From assembly GCA_030704615.1 (NCBI GenBank), contig JAKLZA010000131.1, forward strand, positions 1 to 7,720: 7,720 nt of DNA. The letters run 5' to 3'. Positions 1 through 6,936 of the stretch are shown here, one piece after another (position 1 is the stretch's first letter; the number at the start of each line of letters is the position of its first letter). The translations under genes were made by a program, and so were the position numbers. Under the pieces are notes generated by a model. That model saw only the letters and a list, made by a program, of their open reading frames with translations. It had not been told where the DNA came from and did no database searches. The DNA comes from Takakia lepidozioides (lineage: Eukaryota; Plantae; Bryophyta).

Positions 1-1
1 A

Positions 2-597
2 CATTGCAAGGCAGCCTGTCCATTTGGATCAGACACCAAGAATGAATGAGAGCTCCTGTGAATGAAGGCCCCAGTGGTGGCAGCTCACATGGTTAGGCCA
101 TGTGTTGTACCAGAAGTAAGTACAATGATAGGACCAGAAGCAAAGCCAAATAATACCTCCAGTAGCAATGAGAGGAAGGTGATGATATATGAATATGGCA
201 GTGATGTGTTGCCTGAAGATGATGAGGCTTGGAGAGATGAGAAAGGAACTGCACAAGGAAGTGGCAGATACCATAAGGGAAATGCAGAAGAGTACTGATA
301 TTCCTATGGCAGATTCCTCTGATTCTGAAAGAGAAGAGGAAGTGAGTGAGGATGAAATTGGGAAGAAAGAAGCTTGCAGAAATGCAGAGTAATGAGGGAC
401 TTTGGCTGAAGTAATATGCCAGTCCAAAGCCAAGATTACCATTGGAAGCTATTGGCTGTGGCACCTTATTGTAGACACAGGCTGTATCAAAATCAATCAA
501 ATTGCCCATGTGACCGGGAACCACGACCTGAACAGCAAGGTGACCAGTTATAAAGTGAAACCGGAGGAGCGAGAAACAGTCATGGACTTTGATGATT
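2..597 (+). pseudogene. Gag C-terminal remnant (end of CCHC zinc knuckle plus acidic linker)
   Basis: 2-22 reads H-C-K-A-A-C-P, matching the HX4C end of a CX2CX4HX4C knuckle. It is followed by broken, E/D/K-rich ORF pieces (62-298, 189-392, 402-692) upstream of the protease. Confidence 0.5.
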
Positions 598-945
598 CTA
601 TGCCAGTAATCCAATTGAGAATTGGAAGCACAGAACTAACTGATGTACTGAGAGATGGAGGCTCTAGAGTGAATATCATGACAGACCAATAAGGCAGAGA
701 TTGGTCTAAGTAACATGAAACCAGCCCCATTTACAATACAATGGCAGATCAAAGAAGTGTACGCCATTGGGATGATAAGAGGAGTTAAGATACAGATTCA
801 AAAGATGTTATTTAAGATCACAGTAACTGTGTTGAAAATGATGAAGTCATGGAAGCTTACTCCTTATGCTGGGTCGACCGTGGCTGAAACAGGCCAGGGT
901 ATTCCATGACTGGAATTCTCAGTTACTAACTGTGCATGATGGGAT
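598..945 (+). pseudogene. Retropepsin-type aspartic protease remnant
   Basis: MPVIQLRIGSTELTDVLRDGGSRVNIMT (catalytic D codon at 654), then KPAPFTI..MADQ, GMIRGVKIQI, and LMLGRPWLKQARVFHDWN (863-916), spread over several frames. Confidence 0.85.
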
Positions 946-1317
946 GCACAAGATACAAATCACCACTAATAAATCTAGTAGATTACCTGCTAGAGAAGAC
1001 CTCGAGGGGTCATGGAGTATGACTGGAGAGGGATGACTTGATGAGGAGCAGGAAGCTACCCTGTTCGCTGCACACCCGGGTGGGCAGGGGAGCAGGTTGA
1101 AAGATAGAAGATGAACTAGAAGCCTAAGTTATTTAAAAGGTATCTGCTATGGTGTAGTGACAGCAACACCAATTGAGGTGAAACAAGCAGTTACCCACCA
1201 CATTTCTATGAAGAAAGAGAGGGAGAAATGAAATCCTAGAAGAACCAGCCATTGTGAGTTTACAAGATGAAGTGGTGGACTGGTTGGACGATCACAGCTT
1301 ATGAGCAGGTGAGAGAA

Positions 1318-2080
1318 GTGAATGTGGGAACTGAAGGGGAACCGAGGATGGTGAAGGTAGGGGTTGATTTGGAGCCAGAATTCTTTGAGGAAAGCTAAGA
1401 GTCTGTTCAGGATACGAGGATCTAAAAGGGATACCACCTGAGATTTGTCGCATAAGATTGAACTGGAACCAGGGTCAGTACCATCAACAGGCAAGGTACA
1501 GAATGAATCCCAACTATGCATGAAGGTTGGAGAGAGATCAAGAAGTTGGTTGAGGCTAAGTTTATATACCGATAGAGTATACAACTTGGTTGTCACCCAT
1601 TGTGATAGTTCCCAAGAAGAATGGTAAACTGAGAGTTTGTGTGAACTATAAGAAGTTGAATGCTTTGTACGAAGAAAGATCCTTTCCCTTTGCCATTCAT
1701 AGAAGCGGTATTGGACACTGTGGCAGGCCATGAGATGTACTCATTCATGGATGGCTTCAGTGGTATAATCAAGTGCAAGTGGCAGAAGAAGACCAGGGAA
1801 AGACAGCTTCATCACAGATGGGGTGCTTATGATACAAAGTCATGATTTGGACTTTGTAAGCACCAGAAACCTTCAAGAGTGGATAAGTGAATCTTTCATG
1901 AGCTTGGATGGTTCATGCAGGTTGTTCTGATGATTTCAATGTGTCAAGCTCTAAGAATGAGCACTTGCATAAATTGGAGTTATGTTGGCCAGAGAGGTCT
2001 TGGCCAAAATCCGAAAGTGTACTTTCTTGTGTAACTCACGGGGGTTTTGGGACACATTGTGTTGTATAGGAGGTTTACTA
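1318..2080 (+). pseudogene. Gypsy reverse transcriptase remnant
   Basis: Across frames: VNVGTEGEPRMVKVG, DLKGIPPEICRHKIELEPGS, YRMNPNYA, WLSPIVIVPKKNGKLRVCVNYKKLN, KKDPFPLPFIEAVLDTVAGHEMYSFMDGFSG[Y]NQV, KTAFIT, catalytic GAT-GAT-TTC (DDF) at 1929-1937, and LGHIV near 2048-2061. No RNase H or integrase follows in the window. Confidence 0.92.
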
Positions 2081-2339
2081 TTTCATGAGCAGAAACCATG
2101 AGCCATGAGCCATGAGCCGCATGAGCCGCATGAGCGGTGAGCCGAAGTCTAAGATACGCGGATTTCATGAGCGGACTCCTCCAAATTTGGAAATGCGGCA
2201 GATTAAACAAGTATATAAAATAATAGTTTTTTATTTGACCTTGCCGTTTTTTGGACGTTCCAGATCATGTAATGCGGCGAAGATATGTCGTCAGTAACAA
2301 GTCCGCTCATGGTTTTTAGATCCGCTCATGGAAATAAGT
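2077..2339. repeat. CATGAGC tandem plus inverted repeat cluster at the Gypsy/MULE junction
   Basis: (CCATGAG)x3 (CCGCATGAG)x2 CGGTGAG at 2096-2141, with further CATGAGC at 2084 and 2166. Inverted copies GCTCATG at 2305 and 2324. AAACCATGAGC 2093-2103 pairs with 2305-2315, and CATGAGCGGAC 2166-2176 pairs with 2301-2311. Confidence 0.85.
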
Positions 2340-2649
2340 GACCGTGCAACGGGAAATCCAGTATACCACTGCAAAAGGACGTCGCATACTGGCCTGTATA
2401 GAGTATTCCGCGGTTTTACATGCCTTAACATTGGAATGAAGCTGACCCTTTTGCCGCGATTGAACCAATGGAGTCTGCACCAATACAGTCTGCAGTACTT
2501 CACAATTCTGTCTTCTTCGGGTATTCGGCGGGAAAGGTTTGCAACTGAACTGGGAAATAGGGTGCCGCATTAGGGTTCGCACGTGCGAAATTTTCGGAGC
2601 GGTTTGGTGTTGGCGAAGGCCGCCTCTGGGGGTACCTACGACGATACTT

Positions 2650-2671
2650 GGAAATGCGGCGCCGCATTTCC
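2650..2671. repeat. Isolated perfect copy of the 22-bp array palindrome downstream of the transposase
   Basis: GGAAATGCGGCGCCGCATTTCC, identical to the core at 7205-7226. Degenerate or half copies lie at 2553-2571 (GGAAATAGGGTGCCGCATT), 2189-2200 (GGAAATGCGGCA) and 2271-2279 (AATGCGGCG). Confidence 0.95.
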
Positions 2672-2912
2672 TTGTCGGAGGTCGAATGAGGAAAGCAAGT
2701 TTTCGGAAAGCAGAAAAACATGAACCTCCAACATACAAAATACAACAACAAGTGAACGATATAGTAATATCTTAGTTCGAGCAAAACAGGTTACTGGTAG
2801 GCAAGACATATGTCGGACCTTTCTGTGGCCAGAGTCTGAGGTACTGGCAGCAGTACAGTTCTACTATCCGAAAAGGATGGGCGTACCATTGTATGTGGAC
2901 CGCAAGCCAAGC

Positions 2913-5900
2913 TCACTGGTCCCCTGGATCCATATTCAGAAGAGTGTGAACCTCCTGGGGGCTCAACCCTGGTGCATGTATGAAGTGATGAGTTGTGGAA
3001 TTACAACGGAGTCTCTTTAGGTACACGTAGTACAAATGCTTGCAAGGGCAGTATGATGCCCCTTGTTCGCCATGATCTGGAAGTCGGTGTGCAATTGCAG
3101 GTGGGTAATTCTGAAATGGTGATGGTGTACACCTCATTGCGAACAGCTGAGCCCGCCGTGGCCATCTGATACACACGCCCGAATCCTGGTGGGGGCACTT
3201 CTGTCGAGCTCTGGATTGTACAGTTCATCCGAAGTGCATTCCCCATCTTGTCTCGTTCACTTTTGAGGGAGGTCGCCGCCTCTTCGGTTTCCCCCAACGG
3301 TGTGTAGGATGCTTAGAGCTGTCGTGTCCCATTGTTCTTGCTCTCACAGGGGTCGGTGGTGGAGGCTGTGGAAGCGGAAATGGTTGTCTGGGGACGTCAG
3401 TGCGCTGCACCATCCGAAATCCTGCGGCGGTAAGGGCGTCGGCCTCAACCTGACTCAGATCGCAGCCTGGTTCCACCGGCCACACCGGGGGAGCCTCTGG
3501 CATTGTTTGTATGCCGTACTTGGGCTTTCCATACACGCAAGTCATAATGTCGTGCCTGCAGAACCAGAACTGGGTGGTTGTCGCCTCCGCAAACTTTGCA
3601 TGGACAAATCTTCCTGTAAAAGTAGGAGCAGGGACAGCCCCATCTGGATTCCTCCTTATCATCTCTAAACAACGTTGCCGTGTATCCACACGAATTGCGG
3701 AACACCTTCCTCGAAACGACGGCTTTGTGCGAGCAATTCTCCACTGTGATGCAGACACAGTCGTCTCCACAATGGCTTGGCCATACTGCATAACAGCGGG
3801 CGGAATGTGGGGCAAGGGAGCGGTGGGAATTTGTTGCACGAAATCCCCGGTTGAAGGCGACGGCGATCTGGAATTTCTTGGGCTTCCACTGCTGGAAGAC
3901 ACATTGTGCGGCAACATGACGGGACCTCGAGGTGCTGTCCGAATGTTCCTGTCGGATCTCCAGGAATCCTCTTCGCACCCGGGTTCCTCTTCAATCCTCC
4001 GCCTGACAGGGCGAGTCCGGACGTCCCCCTCTAGGTGTTCACCTCTGCGGTGCAGAGGCGTCCCTTTGATCTTCTCTCGCAATGCTGTCGCCCATTTCAC
4101 TGGATTCTTGGACCTCGAAGCTGTTCGTACCAACAATTCCTCCCTGTCCGGCCCAAAGCCCCATTGTTTGCCGCTCAGGAACTTGTAGTACGTGGCTTGC
4201 TGCATGATTGCTCTGTCGATGTCCTCCGTTGTGGCCGTCACTACGTCCACCAGATGTGCGGCAGAAGACGCTCGCCAGGAGGAGTGGACCGATTCTGCCA
4301 TATTCGTGTTCGGCATGTCCGTGTCGGAATCCAAGCACCGCTCCTAGAAGGACACAAACAATGGTGAGGGACCAATCGAAATGTCCGTAACAGAAAGACA
4401 AATGAACGAAATTGACAGCAGCCTACCTCCCGCATGTACTGTCCGAACTGTCGATACCGAAAATGCCACCACCCCAACCAGCTGTGCAATGCTCCCAGAT
4501 TGGTTGTCTCCACTGCACCTGACGTGTTCCACCAAGCCTCGATGATAGCAAACTTAACCTCCGCGTCATCAAATGTGGGTGCATCCTTCCACGCCGTACA
4601 AAGGACACGGTGTTCAGCCTGGAATGAGCTAGCAACAAATTTGGTAGTGTAGTGGGATAGACTCTGCATCCAATGGAATCCACAGGATCTCTCTTTCCCC
4701 TCCATTGGAACATTGGGGTCCTCACCGTACACACGCCGCACCGCTGCCCAGTTGGCCTGAGCGTTGTCTGCCATGAATCCCCTGAAATTGGGCTCTGGCA
4801 ATCCCGCCCTTGCCATCTGCTCGTTTATGCCCTCCCACAGATGCATCTCGGACTGTGTGTCCTCCCCTTTCATCTCGCAGATTGCAATCGTCATGAGCCT
4901 CTTGGAGTGATAGTCATAAACATGCGCACCCATAGTCACCCACTGATGGTTTGTAATTCGCTTGATGTGATCAAACATCACCCAAGCATTCGACAAGTTT
5001 CCAGTTGTCATGCGAGTGACCAAGTCGACTCCACTCCCAGGCCCACACGTCGACATTTTGAAAATGTAACAACGATCGGATTCGCTGCCTTGCCCTGGAA
5101 ACCTGCTACCTTGGATGTAGTCATATCCAGTCATTCGTTTCACCTCCAGGATTGAGTACATGTCCGACCCCCTGCCGAACTCCTGCTTGCAAGATACGAT
5201 GTGATTCCGCACATTCGGACTACAAACGTGCGAGACGGACTCCAAGAGGTCACGCATCTCGTCTTCGGTCAAGGGCTCTCGGTCGGAACCATCTTCAGAC
5301 ATGATTTTGCCAAGAGCAATCTTGTGGGCTGCCTTCAGCTGAATCTGCTTTGGTCTGGCTCCGGGGCTCAATTTCACCTCCTCTTTTATGATGTCGTGTG
5401 CTTCCTGCACAGCCTCACGCATGTTGCCTCTCGCCAAGGGGTGGCAGTGGACCCCAACGTGTATGCAAGCTCTAGTCAAGTCCGGAGCAAATGGATTACG
5501 TAATATTGCTTGGCTCTGCACATGGACATGCACGTCGGTGGTTCTTTGCAATGTGCACACTTGAAAGAACCCGCAGGAGCTTGGCTGGAGACAATGAATG
5601 GATGATGCGTTGTGCCAGTCCAATCCGTCTCGTTTCTCCGCCCTCCTTTGGAGAGAAAGTGGAAGCAGGTGGGATTGAGGCACCTCAGCTTCCCCGCACA
5701 GAGGACATATCGTACACGAACACCATCAGCAATTTTCGTGCTACTGTCACACAGGGGTGTCCGTCATGCTTTCGATCCATGTCTGTTAACATCCCGGAGG
5801 CTTTGTTTGACGAAGAAACAGGTGGAAACTCGAAGATGACATTGCCATCGACTTCGGGAGGCAGAAAAGTTACCTTTCTGATTGGGAATTTGGCATAGTC

Positions 5901-6425
5901 GAGAGCAGCCAGCTCGGAGCGAGAACCATCGAGGTGATGTTGTCGTAGGAGCTGCACAATGGACCGGGTTGGAGTTATGCTCGAGGGCACATGCGTAGCA
6001 CCTACAGAGACGTCCATGCCGGATTTGAACGACCGTGTGGAGGACATGGGTACCTCAATGCAATCATCTTCCTCGTCGGAAATGTCGAATACGTCCACAC
6101 GAGAAGCTATGGAGGGTCTTGACGGTCCAGGTCGGGAATGATTATCGTTGCATACCTCTCTGTTGGCAGTGGCCGCCTCTCGGTTTCCGGACTCCTTTGT
6201 GGATGGTGTGGGCAGCGACTGATTCGGAAAGGGAATGGGCATTCCCACAGCTCGGTACAGGATGGTGTCTGACGGGGGAACGTGCCATTCGATTCCGCAA
6301 CCTCCGTCGTTACCTAGCACGACAATGGTCTCGTCAACCTGTCCAGGAACATCCTTCCTTTCTTCTTCCAAATAAACTGTGCCCGGTTTGAGCTTGAATT
6401 TGGAACAAAGGTAAGTTTCAGTCAC
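2913..6425 (-). CDS. MULE/MuDR-family transposase (GCM-like DNA-binding domain, DDE core, SWIM finger), ~1140 aa; frameshifted as given, one intron
   Basis: Joined path: ORF 6425-~5752, unreported frame 5751-~5494, ORF 4241..5683 frame to 4427, intron, 4343-~3262, ~3261-3091, ~3088-3059, then to TGA 2915-2913. Motifs: WVMFDHIKR (D, 4972-4970), FRGFMADNAQANWAAVRRVY (D, 4768-4766), ERSCGFHW (CxxH, 4684-4673), PNTNMAESVHSSW (E, 4295-4293), and CNC..DF...YCPCKHL. The true start is uncertain and may lie near ATG 6600. Confidence 0.88.
3025..3135 (-). other. SWIM zinc finger at the transposase C-terminus
   Basis: YTITISELPTCNC / TDFQIMANKG / ASYCPCKHLYYV gives CxC-xn-CxH, split over three frames. 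Confidence 0.85.
4344..4426 (-). other. 83-nt phase-0 spliceosomal intron in the transposase
   Basis: Minus strand reads GAG|GTAGGC...T-rich...TGTCCTTCTAG|GAG. Splicing joins QFGQYMRE to ERCLDSDTDMPNTNMAES and moves the frame exactly from ORF 4241..5683 into ORF 3225..4334, bringing in the catalytic E. Confidence 0.85.
5438..5790 (-). other. GCM-like (WRKY-GCM1 superfamily) zinc DNA-binding domain of the transposase
   Basis: Reconstructed: DRKHDGHP[W]CDSSTKIADGVRVRYVLCAGKLRCLNPTCFHFLSKGGRRNETDWTGTTHHPFIVSSQAPAGSFKCAHCKEPPTCMSMCRAKQYYVI[P]FAPDLTRACIHVGVHCHP. The pattern CxGxxxC-x4-C...CxxC...C...GxHxHP parallels the two-zinc ligand set of GCM domains. Confidence 0.7.
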
Positions 6426-6936
6426 TCTGCAAAGTCCTCCCTAGTTTGGGATCCAGGCTCTCCCAAGTTGCGGAGGACAGCAAACTATAGCGTAGGAATT
6501 CGGAGCCATCGAACACCGCACGGAGTTGGCAAGTGCGAGGTTCAGTATAGCGACAGACCAAGGCTCACAGGCACCATCTAAGTGGATCTGCGGAGTCCAT
6601 CGACGATTGGAAGTCGCACATTGAAGTGGAAAGTATTGTTTCAAGCTACATGCATGAAGGTGGGAGGTTTGATTCCATAGCCAGTGAGTAGGACAATGAT
6701 GGCCGATTCGGCGACGAAATAACATCTCCTGACAGTTTCTCCTGAGGGTGGATCCAGCAGTATTCTCGGTGCAGACAGGAACGTTCGCACTGACAAGTGC
6801 CAGGACTGCTGGTTAAAACGGTCAAACAACCAAGTTGTGCTCATCAAGACAAGCCGCAATTGTGTTGTTTCGGAACAATGCAACCCATTGAGGTTCCAGA
6901 TTTCCCGTCCCGAGTGATTCTTTCGATTGCTGGTGG

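Larger units (their letters stand above)
1..2080 (+). mobile_element. Degenerate Ty3/Gypsy LTR retrotransposon, internal gag-pol fragment (runs off the left edge; interrupted at ~2080)
   Basis: Ordered remnants on + strand: Gag knuckle tail, protease (DGGS, LGRPWL), then RT (PIVIVPKKNGKLRVCV, PFPLPFIEAVLDTVAGHEMYSFMDGFSG, DDF, LGHIV). Protease directly followed by RT is the Gypsy order. The region is purine-rich and CpG-poor, with many frameshifts and stops. Confidence 0.92.

Noticed and set aside
29-1778. Minus-strand ORFs 29..442, 93..614 and 1147..1731
   Set aside because: Antisense to the purine-rich Gypsy gag-pol, with S/L/F-rich shadow composition.
1894-1903. TTTCATGAGC, identical to 2081-2090 and 2163-2172, as a target-site duplication
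   Set aside because: It lies inside continuous RT sequence ~180 bp before the junction, so its geometry does not fit a TSD. Probably coincidental.
1660-1940. Bacterial RT system (retron, DGR or group II intron) linked to the repeat array
   Set aside because: The RT motifs and the upstream protease and Gag are Gypsy-type and decayed. The RT is interrupted by, not partnered with, the array-bearing element.
2291-2784. A second (mudrB-like or anti-silencing) gene between the junction and the transposase stop
   Set aside because: Only short overlapping ORFs with no motifs or clear splice structure. The region looks like 3' UTR and subterminal DNA.
5494-5683. N-terminus of ORF 4241..5683 (MPQSHLLPL...) as real protein
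   Set aside because: The Cys/His zinc-ligand pattern lies in a different frame over this interval. The ORF frame becomes meaningful only from about PFAPDLTRACIH.
3055-5755. Programmed ribosomal frameshifting in the transposase
   Set aside because: Five scattered shifts without canonical slippery heptamers are better explained by indel errors or mutation.
3300-6391. Plus-strand ORFs such as 3511..4188 (225 aa), 4673..5155 and 5491..5898
   Set aside because: Antisense shadows of the GC-rich transposase gene, with no recognisable motifs.
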